Below, piece after piece: positions 39,188 to 49,334 of a stretch of 64,000 nt of DNA; position 1 is the first letter of the stretch, and the number at the start of each line of letters is the position of its first letter. A program made the translations under genes and the position numbers. The notes under the pieces were generated by a model. It was not told where the DNA came from. It saw only the letters and a list, made by a program, of their open reading frames with translations, and ran no database searches. Origin of the DNA: Polyangiaceae bacterium. Its GTDB lineage: Bacteria > Myxococcota_A > Polyangia > Polyangiales > Polyangiaceae. The DNA is taken from positions 352,001 through 416,000 of the forward strand of contig JBILLK010000002.1 of the NCBI GenBank assembly GCA_044376115.1, read 5' to 3'.

Positions 39188-40293
39188 ATCCGCGCGAGCA
39201 GGTCCGCTCGATCGCGCTCTTCGCTTGGGGCGGGCCTGCAGGCAGGGGCGTTCTCACCGCGGCTGGGAGCATTGCTCAACGCGAAGGTTGGGTGGTGCGG
39301 ATGGAGTCAACGTCGGGCCGAGTCGGCTTGGGCGAGGCGACGCCGCTCAGCGAGCTGCGCGGCGGCGTGACCGGCCAAGCGACCCTCGATGCGCTCCGCG
39401 CAGCGCGCGACTTTCCGCGGCCCTCGTTCGAAAGCTTCGAGCAAGTGGCAGCCTGGCTCACCAACTTCGATGGCCTCGTCAACGCCGCGCGCTTCGGCTT
39501 TGAGACCGCGTTGCTTGACCTATTGGCGCAGTCCCGGTCGCGATCGCTCGCTGCGGAGCTAACTGCCGACTTCGCGCCTTCGTTCTACTGCACCCATCTC
39601 CTCGGAGCGCTGGCCTCACCAACGCTCGAGGCGCGCGCACGGGCAGCGCGAGACCTTGGCTATCGCGCACTGAAGCTCAAGGTGGGACCGAGCGATCTCG
39701 AACAGGCGAGCGAGCGGCTTGCGCATTTACGCAACTTCGTAGGCGCAGAGATGCGTTTGCGCGTGGACTGCAACGGCGCTCTCAGCGCTGACGAATTCGA
39801 GTCGCTGGTGCCTGCGCTTGCGGCGGCAGAGATCGAGTTCGTGGAGGAGCCGTGTGCGCTCGAGCCGGAGAGTGAGGCTCGACGTCGGGCCTGGGCTGCG
39901 GCCGGGTTGCGGCTGTTCGTGGACGAGTCCCTGAGCTTGCTGGGCGCCACAGCCATGGATTCCCCAGCCGTGTGCGGCGTCGTGCTCAAGCCGTCCTTGC
40001 TCGGCGGCCTGCTGCCGGCACGCGCATTCGCGAAAGCCGCCCACGAACGCGGTCTTGAGATCGTCGTCAGCCACGCGTTCGAAGGGCCGATCGCTCTGGC
40101 CGCGATGCGCGAATTGGCCTGCGCGCTCGCGCCCGGCGACCTCCCGCAGGGGCTCGAACAACATGCGGGGCTAACTTCGTTCACCAACGAAGCGCCAAGC
40201 CTCGCTGCCACCATGCACGCGGGGACTGCCTCGGGCTTGGGCGCGAACGACCCCACCCATCGTTTGCACGAGGTCGAGCGATGGACCTTCTAA
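39184..40293 (+). CDS. menC: o-succinylbenzoate synthase
   Basis: GLGEA.P, KLKVG, RVDCNG, EEP, DES, LKP..LGG; operon position. Confidence 0.85.
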   Translation: MNPREQVRSIALFAWGGPAGRGVLTAAGSIAQREGWVVRMESTSGRVGLGEATPLSELRGGVTGQATLDALRAARDFPRPSFESFEQVAAWLTNFDGLVNAARFGFETALLDLLAQSRSRSLAAELTADFAPSFYCTHLLGALASPTLEARARAARDLGYRALKLKVGPSDLEQASERLAHLRNFVGAEMRLRVDCNGALSADEFESLVPALAAAEIEFVEEPCALEPESEARRRAWAAAGLRLFVDESLSLLGATAMDSPAVCGVVLKPSLLGGLLPARAFAKAAHERGLEIVVSHAFEGPIALAAMRELACALAPGDLPQGLEQHAGLTSFTNEAPSLAATMHAGTASGLGANDPTHRLHEVERWTF

Positions 40294-41720
40294 CGCCTTC
40301 CTTCATCGCCCAAACGTCGGCTCACGAGCTCGCGCTCATCACCGCCGCGGAGAGCGTGACCTTCGAGACCGCGGCGCAGCGAGCCCGCTGGCTTGCTCAC
40401 TGGCTGCAAAAGCGCGCCACCTCCGGCGAGCTCGTAGGCTTTGAGGCGCGCCCGACCTTGGCCGCGGTGCACCTCGTGTGGGGACTGCTCGAGGCGAACC
40501 GCGCCTTCGTTCCGCTTCACCCGCGCTGGACCGACGCGGAGAAGTCGCGCGCCCTGGGTGGGCTTGGTCGAGTGTTGCAGCTGAGCAACGACACCGTGCT
40601 CGAGCTTTTTGAGCAGAGCAAGCAAGCGACAGAGGCTGCGCCTGCGCATTCACACCCGCGCTTTTCGCGGGATCGACTTTGTGTACTGCTGACGTCTGGC
40701 TCCAGCGGGCGGCCGAAGGGTGTGCTGCTCTCGCGCGGGAACTTCCTCGCTAGCGCACACGCGCATCAAGCGAACCTGCCGTTCCTGCCGGAGGATCGTT
40801 GGCTTTTGGGTTTGCCGTTCGCGCACGCCGGTGGGCTCTCCATCCTCACGCGAGCGCTAGCGTTTGGCAGTACGGTCGTGCTTGCTGACTCGTTCGACCC
40901 GGCGGCTGTGCTCTCGAGCGTCGTTTCGAACCGCGTGACGCTGCTCTCGCTCGTCCCCACCATGCTCAGCAAGTTGCTCGAGCTGGATCAGGACGGCGTA
41001 CTCACGCGACTGCGCGCCATTCTGGTCGGCGGAGCTGCCTTCCCCTCGGCTTTGCGGGACGTCTGCGTGGCGCGCGGCCTTCCCGTGCTGTCGACCTACG
41101 GGCTCACCGAGAGCTGCTCGCAAGTCGCGACCCACACCCTCGCCGACGCTTCTCGCCTCGCCGTTACCGACTCCGGCCGCCCCCTCGCTGGCTTCGAACT
41201 GCGCATCGTGCGCGCCGACGGGACGCTGGCGGCGGCAGCGGAGGTCGGCTCGGTTGAGGTTCGCGGCGCGGCCGTATTCAGCGGCTATCTGCACGCACCT
41301 TCGCGTCCCGAGGGCAGTCCGTTCATAACCGGCGACCTCGGTTCACTCGACGAAGCTGGGCGGCTGACTGTGGTTGGGCGTGCCGATGATCTGATCATCA
41401 CCGGCGGTGAGAACGTGCACCCAGCCGAGGTCGAGAATGTGCTCTTACGGATAGCAGGCGTACGAGAGGTCGTCGTCTTCGGCCTCCCCGACGACACCTG
41501 GGGTCAGCTCGTCGCGGCCGCCTTCGTGCTCGAACCAGCGGTGGAGCTCGCCGACGTGCTTCGTGCGAGCCGCAGCGTGCTGGCCTCCTTCCGCAGAGTT
41601 CGCCGCGCCTGCGCGGTGAGCCAGCTGCCAACCAACGCGACCGGCAAAGTGAGCCGCAAACAGGCGGCCGAGCTACTGGGCGCCGCGCTCCTTCCCGTCG
41701 AGCAGCTGCTCCTCGCTTGA
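40281..41720 (+). CDS. menE: o-succinylbenzoate-CoA ligase
   Basis: TSGSSGRPKG, TYGLTE..SQ, TGDLG, GGENV. Confidence 0.88.
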   Translation: MDLLTPSFIAQTSAHELALITAAESVTFETAAQRARWLAHWLQKRATSGELVGFEARPTLAAVHLVWGLLEANRAFVPLHPRWTDAEKSRALGGLGRVLQLSNDTVLELFEQSKQATEAAPAHSHPRFSRDRLCVLLTSGSSGRPKGVLLSRGNFLASAHAHQANLPFLPEDRWLLGLPFAHAGGLSILTRALAFGSTVVLADSFDPAAVLSSVVSNRVTLLSLVPTMLSKLLELDQDGVLTRLRAILVGGAAFPSALRDVCVARGLPVLSTYGLTESCSQVATHTLADASRLAVTDSGRPLAGFELRIVRADGTLAAAAEVGSVEVRGAAVFSGYLHAPSRPEGSPFITGDLGSLDEAGRLTVVGRADDLIITGGENVHPAEVENVLLRIAGVREVVVFGLPDDTWGQLVAAAFVLEPAVELADVLRASRSVLASFRRVRRACAVSQLPTNATGKVSRKQAAELLGAALLPVEQLLLA

Positions 41721-42665
41721 TACCGCCGCAGCCGTCGTTGCGTCAGCGCAACAACGCACGCCGGTGGAGTAATCGGCGTAGGAGAGCACGTGGGCCTCGA
41801 CCCCGGACTGACAGCCGTCCTTCTTACCGCGCGCGTAGAAGGCGCCGACGAAGGTTCCCTCCGGATCATCGATCCACTCATCGACGTTGCCGACCATGTC
41901 GTAGATCTTGTCGCCGTCCCAGTCGCTGGTGCAGGTCGGAGTAGCGCCGGTCTTGCGTAAGAGCGGCCCTTGTTTATCGGCGATCTTGTTGAAGCGCGGG
42001 TCGGTGTGATTGATGCTCGGGTTCTCCCACAGCAGGATCCCGGGATGGGTATCGCGCACCGTGTTGCACTTCCCCCGCTCGTATTTGTCGCCATAGGGGA
42101 AGTCGCGGTCTTGTTCACCGCGGCAGGCGAGCTTCCACTCGTCGCGGGTACATAGCCGCTTGCCAGCGTTGTTGCAGGCGATGGCAGCGTCTTTGCCGCT
42201 CGCGTAGGCCTGCGGCACGCGGTCTTTGCGGGAGATCGCCTTGGGTCGCATCGCGCGTTCGCGTTGGAACGCTGGCAGGGGAGGGAGGTCCATCGTCTTC
42301 TCCAGCTCGGTGCCCGTTCCCTTCAGGCCCTCCCACATCTTGTGCACGTACGCGGCCTTGGGGCCCTCCGGCGGGTAGTACGGAGAGAGCACCGCGCCCG
42401 TTCGTTCATCGACCAGGTAGGACTCGAAGCGATCGACGCACAGCCGTCCTTTGACCAACACCATGTCAGCGGAACAACGTGGCTTGGCCACGAGCACCGG
42501 CCGCGGCGCGGCGCTGCTCGGCTCCGGTGCGGAGCTCGGCAACGGCGGCGCAAAAGAAGGTGCCGGCGCTGGGCTCGGCTCCGCCGATTGGCTGCTCGAG
42601 GTCAGCGCGCTGCTTTCGCTTGAGGTACAACCAAGCAAAACCAGCGCAAGCGGCCAGCTACGCAT
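41673..42665 (-). CDS. SUMF1/FGE-sulfatase domain lipoprotein
   Basis: LLGC lipobox, KRLCTRDEW..AC, DMVGNVDEW, GVRCC. Confidence 0.88.
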   Translation of the reverse strand: MRSWPLALVLLGCTSSESSALTSSSQSAEPSPAPAPSFAPPLPSSAPEPSSAAPRPVLVAKPRCSADMVLVKGRLCVDRFESYLVDERTGAVLSPYYPPEGPKAAYVHKMWEGLKGTGTELEKTMDLPPLPAFQRERAMRPKAISRKDRVPQAYASGKDAAIACNNAGKRLCTRDEWKLACRGEQDRDFPYGDKYERGKCNTVRDTHPGILLWENPSINHTDPRFNKIADKQGPLLRKTGATPTCTSDWDGDKIYDMVGNVDEWIDDPEGTFVGAFYARGKKDGCQSGVEAHVLSYADYSTGVRCCADATTAAAVSSEEQLLDGKERGAQ

Positions 42666-43110
42666 CGCGCTGAAACGGCTTCAGGTAGCCCACGAGCTCC
42701 GGAGGGACCTCGGCCTTCTTGAAGGTCTTCCCGTCGACGAAGACGTGGGCGGTGGTACCGATCGCCATGGTGCGGCCGTCTTTGACGAGCCGGTGCCCGA
42801 CCGTCAGACTCGTCTTGCCCAAGCGGGTGCGCCGAATCTCAACCGCCACACGGTCTCCGAAGAACAGCGGGTGGAGAAAGGTCGCCTCGGCATGAGCGAG
42901 CGGCGCCGCGAGCGTGCGCTCTTTGAGCATGCGCGGTACATCGAGCCCAGCCTTCTCCAGCAACCCGTTGTAGTTGTCCGCAAAGTACTCAAGGATCCGC
43001 GGAAAGAAGATCGTGCCTGCGGCGTCGACTTCTTGGAACTTCACCGTTCGCTCTTGGATCGCGATCAGATCCTTGGACTCCGACAACTCTTGCAGCGTGA
43101 AAGAGCTCAT
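42658..43110 (-). CDS. Hotdog-fold acyl-CoA thioesterase (4HBT family)
   Basis: VKFQEVDAAGTIFF, F.HPLFFGD. Confidence 0.88.
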   Translation of the reverse strand: MSSFTLQELSESKDLIAIQERTVKFQEVDAAGTIFFPRILEYFADNYNGLLEKAGLDVPRMLKERTLAAPLAHAEATFLHPLFFGDRVAVEIRRTRLGKTSLTVGHRLVKDGRTMAIGTTAHVFVDGKTFKKAEVPPELVGYLKPFQRDA

Positions 43111-43264
43111 CGCTCGTCATCCTACAGCGCCGGCCGTCACGCAGGTGACGTGTTGATAGCGTCAATTCGATAACGACACCTGGCCTTGCGCGTTTTGACG
43201 GCCGAATTTGCGCTGGTTGCGCTTGGCCGAGCGATTGCAACGTGGAGCGCGGAAGGAGGCTCTC

Positions 43265-45874
43265 ATGCGCTCTCTGGTTCCGCCGAAGGCGGATGCGGCA
43301 CACAGCATGACTCTGGGACGAGTCATTGCGGCCGTGTCCCTTGTGATCACCGTGGCCGCTGCTCCACTGGCTACTGCACAGCCACGGGTAGATACTCGTC
43401 TGCGTGCTGCGCTATCCGAAGGGGCTACGCGAGCGCGGCTTCGTTCCGCTCCTCCCCAGGCTCCCAACGCCGAGCGGCTCCCCGTGATTGTCGAGTTCGA
43501 GCCGAGTGTGCTCCACGGTGCGCGCGGAACCCTCAGCTTGGACCCACAGCTCGAACAGCGGCTCGCCGACAAAGGGCTCCAACTCCTCACCGGGCGCACT
43601 GGGCTGCTTGGGCGGCCAAGCGCAGTTCCAGCCGAGATCGAGGTTGCTTCGCTGCAGGCTGTGCTGGCCGAGCCAGCCGTGCGAGCCCTGCGACTCGATG
43701 GTTCGGCCGTGCGATTCCCGGCTCCGCTCGACAATACGCCGGTGATGGTCGGCGCAGATTTGCTGCGTGGCCGCGAGGGCGTCGACGGGCTTGGCATCAC
43801 TGGCAAAGGCATGGTCGTGTGCGACGTCGACTCGGGCGTGGACGTGTTTCACCCGCTGTTCTTTCAAGCGGACGGTGGCTACTTCGACTGGACCGACGAG
43901 AATCAGAACGGCGTGCTGGATACCGGCGGGGACTCGCTCCGCTATCAAGGAGAGACCGTCACGCTACGAGCACTCAACGGCGTCGTCTCCGGCTACGCCG
44001 ACGAGGTTCCAATGTTCGACACCCAGCTGTCGATGCTCGATCTTCGGTACGACTACTTCTACGCCGATCTGAACGGCGACATGCGGCGGAACTTCGGCCG
44101 AGGCGACGGCTTCGACGATCAATCGCCGTCACTCGGCGAGCCTCTGTTCGTCGCCGATGACGTCAACGACAACGGTCACGTCGACGTAGGAGAGAAGATC
44201 GCCCTCTTGAAGACCTCGAAGATCCGCGCGTTTCGCTACGGCGATGCCACCTTTCGGCGCGGCGAGAACCTGATCGACGCTCCTTGGAGCAATGAGATGC
44301 AACACGGCAACGGAGCCGCCGGGATCCTGCTTGGAGGGCAGGTCGGGCTCGGCAAGTTGGTCGGCATCGCGCCCAACGCCGAGCTGGTCATGGCAACGCA
44401 CCCGGACGCTGGGCACGAGTTCGCGCTCACCAGCTTCTGTCTCGATGAAGGTGCGAAGGTCGTTCTGCACGAGTACGCACCGTGGGTCACCCACGCGCTC
44501 GACGGCTCGAGCGACGTCGAGGCGCTGATTGACGAGTCGACGTTTACCGGGGTTTCGCACATCAACCCGGCGGGCAATCTGTCGGGGTCGCGCAAAGGCT
44601 ACAAGGCGCTCCTGCCGTCGCAGACGCAGTCGTCGATCGCGATCGACGTGCCGGCCCACGGCGCTACCACGATGGTCGCCAGCTTTCTTTGGCGCGATCC
44701 TGGGCGCGAACTCAGCTTCGAGTTGGTCAGCCCAGACGCCGCTCCACTGGCTCTCGCGCAGGACGGGAGCAGTGTGCGCTGGGGCGAACGGGTCGTGCAA
44801 TCGTTGCAAGAGACCTCGAATCGCGGCACGCGGCGCATGGACGTGTATGTTTGGGGGGACTCACAGCTCACACCTGGGCGTTGGCAGTTGAACGTGTCGG
44901 ACGAGTCCAGCGCAGCGGGCTCATTCACCCTCTTTGGCTTCGTCTACGACAACGTCAGTGGCTGGAACGAGGGCATCCACTTCCCCGAGGCCTCGAGTGA
45001 AGAGCACCTCATCGGTTGGCCTGCAACTGCCGATAACGGGCTCGCTGTCGCGGCGTTTCGAGGCAGCGCGTACGGCAACGAGGGGCTAAGCGTCGGAGAG
45101 CGCTCGTCGTACTCTGGGCGCGGACGTCGCCTCGACGACGAGCGGGTGCTTTGGCTAAGCGCTCCAGACAACCCGATCGTGCCCGGCCGTTTCGACGACA
45201 GGCCGCTCTCCTACATCATCTACGGCGGCACCTCGGGTGCGAGCCCGCACGTCGCCGGCGCGGCGGCGCTCATGTTTTCGCAAGACCCGACGTTGAGCGG
45301 CCTGGAGGTGAAACATCGCCTGGCCCAGACGGCTCGCGGCGACGTTCATACAGGCATCCTCCCCAACGAGGACTACGGTCACGGTAAGCTCGACGTGTTC
45401 AAGGCTTTGCAGGGCGTCTCCGCCCAACCCGGCACGGCTCCGCGGATCAAAGAGCTCGAATACGTGGCCGAGGTCGGTGGTCCGCAATCCATCACGGTGC
45501 TGATCGATGACGCCGAACACGAGCTCGCGTCGCTGCGGGTCGAAGCCGACACCGATTACGACGGGACGTTTGACACCACCTTGAGCGAGGGCGGCAAGCT
45601 AGTGATCTCGTTCGCCCAGCCGGAGTTGCGGGTGATCAAGGTGCGTGCCACCGACCCTTCCGGTCGGCAGGGCAGCGGGCTGATCCGCATACACGCCGAA
45701 AGCCTCGACGATCACGAGCGGGGCCCGTTCAATGTGGAGCCCTCCGGGGGTGAAGGTTGCTCATTGGCGCAAGGTCGGGAGGGCAGGGGGCAAAGCCTCG
45801 CCTGGTTCGTTGGCCTCGCGCTGCTCTTGTGCCGTCGTCAGCGAGGGTCTGACCAGGCGCCGCGAATCAGCTGA
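43265..45874 (+). CDS. S8 subtilisin-like serine peptidase with MYXO-CTERM-like tail
   Basis: DSGVD, HG.GAAG, AGN, GGTSGASPHVAG; C-terminal GC..hydrophobic..RRQR. Confidence 0.88.
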   Translation: MRSLVPPKADAAHSMTLGRVIAAVSLVITVAAAPLATAQPRVDTRLRAALSEGATRARLRSAPPQAPNAERLPVIVEFEPSVLHGARGTLSLDPQLEQRLADKGLQLLTGRTGLLGRPSAVPAEIEVASLQAVLAEPAVRALRLDGSAVRFPAPLDNTPVMVGADLLRGREGVDGLGITGKGMVVCDVDSGVDVFHPLFFQADGGYFDWTDENQNGVLDTGGDSLRYQGETVTLRALNGVVSGYADEVPMFDTQLSMLDLRYDYFYADLNGDMRRNFGRGDGFDDQSPSLGEPLFVADDVNDNGHVDVGEKIALLKTSKIRAFRYGDATFRRGENLIDAPWSNEMQHGNGAAGILLGGQVGLGKLVGIAPNAELVMATHPDAGHEFALTSFCLDEGAKVVLHEYAPWVTHALDGSSDVEALIDESTFTGVSHINPAGNLSGSRKGYKALLPSQTQSSIAIDVPAHGATTMVASFLWRDPGRELSFELVSPDAAPLALAQDGSSVRWGERVVQSLQETSNRGTRRMDVYVWGDSQLTPGRWQLNVSDESSAAGSFTLFGFVYDNVSGWNEGIHFPEASSEEHLIGWPATADNGLAVAAFRGSAYGNEGLSVGERSSYSGRGRRLDDERVLWLSAPDNPIVPGRFDDRPLSYIIYGGTSGASPHVAGAAALMFSQDPTLSGLEVKHRLAQTARGDVHTGILPNEDYGHGKLDVFKALQGVSAQPGTAPRIKELEYVAEVGGPQSITVLIDDAEHELASLRVEADTDYDGTFDTTLSEGGKLVISFAQPELRVIKVRATDPSGRQGSGLIRIHAESLDDHERGPFNVEPSGGEGCSLAQGREGRGQSLAWFVGLALLLCRRQRGSDQAPRIS

Positions 45875-46665
45875 CGGTGAGGAGGCAAGAGGAAATCCCG
45901 CAGCCGCGTTCCAGCGCCGATCACCAGCAAGAAGTAGATCAGGCCGAGCAGCCCCCCGAGCTTGCTTTGCCAGCTCTCAAAGACCGGCGTTGAGAGGGCA
46001 AGCACCGTACAACCGCCTGCGACCACGAGGAGCACCGGCACGAACAAAAGCCAAACGATGGCCGTCCTTTGGCGAACGAGCGTGCGGGGATCAGCAACCG
46101 AAACGATTGTTGGGGCGCCCGTATCGACGAGGGCATATTGCTTGGTCGGGCCGTCACTGACCCTTACGGTTCCAACGACGAAGACCGGCCCTGACACCTC
46201 CAGCTCGACCGGACGCAGGTAGCCCTTGGGCTTGCGAGCTTGGAGCACCGCCTCTTCGAATTCACTGCTATTGGGGCAGGCGACCGCCTCGCGGAGCCGC
46301 GTCGAGTCCGGCCAAACCGCAGCGTTGTTGGTGCTGGGGCATTGTACGAGAACGCCGTCACTCGAAAGCGTCCCCGCCTGGAGCCGGCTGATCGCACCTT
46401 TGTGATGCCACACCACTGCACGGCGAACCCCTGCAGCCAGCCGGCCCAGCTGCTCGAGCACGTGGAACGCAACTCCTTGCGGGGCCTCGGCTCGAAACAG
46501 CACGAGGTGATCTCCCGGCGGTAACGAACCAAGCTTCACCTCGCTAACGCCGCGGACGTGTGCGGCCAACTCGCCGAGGTTACGCACAGCCGCCAACAGC
46601 ACGAGCAAGGTGTTGCCCCAAAGCACGAACAGGGCGAGTACGCCCATCAACTCGAGGGTGAGCAC
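45838..46665 (-). CDS. Hypothetical membrane protein
   Basis: One N-terminal and two C-terminal TM segments; starts 2 bp after the desaturase stop. Confidence 0.7.
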   Translation of the reverse strand: MLTLELMGVLALFVLWGNTLLVLLAAVRNLGELAAHVRGVSEVKLGSLPPGDHLVLFRAEAPQGVAFHVLEQLGRLAAGVRRAVVWHHKGAISRLQAGTLSSDGVLVQCPSTNNAAVWPDSTRLREAVACPNSSEFEEAVLQARKPKGYLRPVELEVSGPVFVVGTVRVSDGPTKQYALVDTGAPTIVSVADPRTLVRQRTAIVWLLFVPVLLVVAGGCTVLALSTPVFESWQSKLGGLLGLIYFLLVIGAGTRLRDFLLPPHRQLIRGAWSDPR

Positions 46666-46667
46666 GG

Positions 46668-47708
46668 CTACAGACCAGCCGCGCGCGAGGCCTCACGCAG
46701 CCGGTCGGAGCGTGACGCGAGCACCGGCGCCAAGTCCTTTTCACTGGCCCCAACGTCTTTACTGAACGGGCGCTTCAGCCCGAACAAGTACGTCCTCACC
46801 AGGTAGAGCACCATGCTCGGCTCGTCCAACGAAGGGTCGATGCGCGGGACCACCTCACGCCGATGCCACTCGTCCAGCACCGACCAGTGAAGGCCCGCCC
46901 GGTTGTGGTGGATGGTGTGGTAGCCGTTGTTGCACATGATCCAGTTGAAGGCCCGGCCGACGAAGTTACGTGAATGATTCCATTCGCTTCGGACGTCACA
47001 GCGATCGTGTTGGATGATGTTGATGCGAAGGATGCTTCTTGCGCCGTAAAGCTGCGGAAGAACAATAAAAAACAGCGCAACCCAAAAATCCGCCAGCAGT
47101 AGCAGCCCGGTCAGCCCAAAGGCGAAGGCGTTGTCGTAGAGGTACTGCCGCTTGACGTCTTCGCGACCTTTCACCGCCGTCCAACGCTGCACTCCGTCAA
47201 ACGTGTTGGGCCCCGACACGTTCGGGAAGTGCAGGAGGTTGAGCAGGTTCCAGCGGAAGTCCACGTTCTCCGGCGCAGCCCAATCCGGTTGGCCGTCATC
47301 GTCGAAGTGATGGTGAACCAGGTTGTGGGCCGGGATGTTGACGGTGGCCGGGTACAACGCACCAAAGGAGAGTACGCGGCGAAAGGCGAGGTTCAGCGCG
47401 CGCGAGTTGAACACGCCCTGATGCATGTGGTTGTGGATCACCACCGAGTTGAGGAAGCTGAAGTAGCAGGCCGCAAAGAAGAACAGGACGTTGCGACAAG
47501 CGGGGACGAAGTACATCGAGAACAAAAGGGCCCAATAGACCGCCACGATCCCGAGTTGCCGCCACTCGGCGGGGTGCTTGACGAGAAAGCTGCGCGGGCC
47601 GGTCTCAGCCTGTTCGGCGTTGGCCGAAACCACGCTGAACGAGCCCGACGGGCGAGTTCCACTGTTCGCTGAGACGCGGGCTGATTGCGTAAGAGAAGCG
47701 TTGGCCAC
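46668..47708 (-). CDS. Fatty acid desaturase family protein
   Basis: His boxes HNHMH, HNLVHH, HTIHH; start uncertain (GTG 47708 chosen). Confidence 0.85.
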   Translation of the reverse strand: MANASLTQSARVSANSGTRPSGSFSVVSANAEQAETGPRSFLVKHPAEWRQLGIVAVYWALLFSMYFVPACRNVLFFFAACYFSFLNSVVIHNHMHQGVFNSRALNLAFRRVLSFGALYPATVNIPAHNLVHHHFDDDGQPDWAAPENVDFRWNLLNLLHFPNVSGPNTFDGVQRWTAVKGREDVKRQYLYDNAFAFGLTGLLLLADFWVALFFIVLPQLYGARSILRINIIQHDRCDVRSEWNHSRNFVGRAFNWIMCNNGYHTIHHNRAGLHWSVLDEWHRREVVPRIDPSLDEPSMVLYLVRTYLFGLKRPFSKDVGASEKDLAPVLASRSDRLREASRAAGL

Positions 47709-47890
47709 ACAGCACCTTTGGCAGCGCTCATAGTCCCAGCGTGCTGCTGAATCAACGTTGCCCCAACGGAAGGCTGCGCACCGAAGCACGCTTTCGACGC
47801 CGGAGAGGCAGGCCTCCATCGCATCGGAATGAGCCCGCTCGCTAGACGTGGGGCCACGTCTGGGATAACAGCGCGCGGGAGGAACCCACC

Positions 47891-48796
47891 GTGAGCACCG
47901 CTAATATTTCCACGCTCAGGACGCTGCCCTTCGCCCAGCTCCGCCAAAATCGGTACTTCTACATGTACTACGACGCCTTTTACGCGGTGTCCGCGCTAAT
48001 GGCGATCGGCGCGATGGTGGCGCTTGGTCATCGAGGTCTTTACGGGGAGGGTGCTCCGCTCGGGGCATTCAAGCTCTGGCACCTGGCGTTTTTCCCGCTC
48101 GTTACCTACGGCATCATTCTCTGCCATGTATTCGCGCACGTGTGCACCCACCAGAGCCTGCCGCGCCCGTTCAACCGCATCGTCGGTGAGCTTTGCGGGC
48201 TGGTGGTGCTAACCCGCTTCGCAAGCTGGGAGGTCGTGCATCAGCGGCATCATCGCTATTCGGATGACCCCACCAATGATCCGCACCCGTGCCTGCCCAG
48301 CTACTGGAAGCACCTCTGGTTCACGCTGACCCAGGTCGAGCGTCAGCTGCAGCAGACCTACTTCGACATTTACGGGGATTCACCCGAGACGCGCGCCTAC
48401 GAGAAGAAGCGCGCCTACGTCAGCTACGCGACCAATATCTTGGTGATCGCTAGCTTTTTCATGTTTCTCGGGCCGGTCGCGTTCTTCTGCTTCTTCGTCC
48501 CCGCCTCGATGCTCGCCGGCATGCACCTGATTCACTTCAATTGGTCCACCCACAACGCGTACTCGCCCACGGCCGACTACAAGCCGGTGAACCTCAACCA
48601 CGGCCTCTTCAAGCTGGGAAACAAGCTGTTCTTCGGCATCTACATGCACGCCAACCACCACAAGTGGCCCAACGTGTTGAACCCCGGCACGGTCAAGCGC
48701 GCGCTGCCGATCACGCCTGGCCCCACGGCCGATGACGTCCGCCGGGTGCGTGAGCTGCGCAAGACCGGCCTCCCGCCGAAGGACCTGGCCGCTTAA
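47891..48796 (+). CDS. Fatty acid desaturase family protein
   Basis: His boxes HVCTH, HQRHH, HANHH; RBS GGAGG. Confidence 0.87.
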   Translation: MSTANISTLRTLPFAQLRQNRYFYMYYDAFYAVSALMAIGAMVALGHRGLYGEGAPLGAFKLWHLAFFPLVTYGIILCHVFAHVCTHQSLPRPFNRIVGELCGLVVLTRFASWEVVHQRHHRYSDDPTNDPHPCLPSYWKHLWFTLTQVERQLQQTYFDIYGDSPETRAYEKKRAYVSYATNILVIASFFMFLGPVAFFCFFVPASMLAGMHLIHFNWSTHNAYSPTADYKPVNLNHGLFKLGNKLFFGIYMHANHHKWPNVLNPGTVKRALPITPGPTADDVRRVRELRKTGLPPKDLAA

Positions 48797-48833
48797 CCAA
48801 TCCGCCTGAAAAGGCGAGTCGAGTGCCGCGGGC

Positions 48834-49334
48834 TCAACCGCCCGTTGCGCACTCGACGTTCGGCGGAAGGACCATCGGCACTTCGTGTGAAGTAACGTCC
48901 CCCTCCTTCAACTGGTGCTTGCCGGTCTCGTAGACGGTTGCCTCCCCGCAGTCGTAGGCCACCCCATCGTTGGACGCTTTTCGGTCGCGCGGGTCACTGA
49001 GAGTGGGAGCGCGAAGGTTCGGACACTGACTCCACTCGGCCGTGATTTCACGGTCGACGTCAGGGAGCAGGAAGCGAGTTGGGTGGGGCGAAGACTTCGG
49101 CACGCCGTAGAGCATGACCGTCGCGAGCAGCGTGTCTCCATCCTTCAGCTTCAGTTGGACGGGATACTTCAAGCCGCCCTTCAGGGCTGTACCTGCGAGC
49201 GTAACGTCCGCGCAAACCGGCTCATCCTTCACCAAGGACGGCAAACTGGGGCCTTTGCAGGCCAAAGCCAAAGGCAACAAGGGCAAAGCCAGCACGAGCA
49301 ACCGGCGCAGGGGGGCAAGCGAGGGGGTCTTCAC
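48834..49334 (-). CDS. Hypothetical lipoprotein
   Basis: LALAC lipobox; overlaps the EVE gene stop. Confidence 0.75.
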   Translation of the reverse strand: MKTPSLAPLRRLLVLALPLLPLALACKGPSLPSLVKDEPVCADVTLAGTALKGGLKYPVQLKLKDGDTLLATVMLYGVPKSSPHPTRFLLPDVDREITAEWSQCPNLRAPTLSDPRDRKASNDGVAYDCGEATVYETGKHQLKEGDVTSHEVPMVLPPNVECATGG

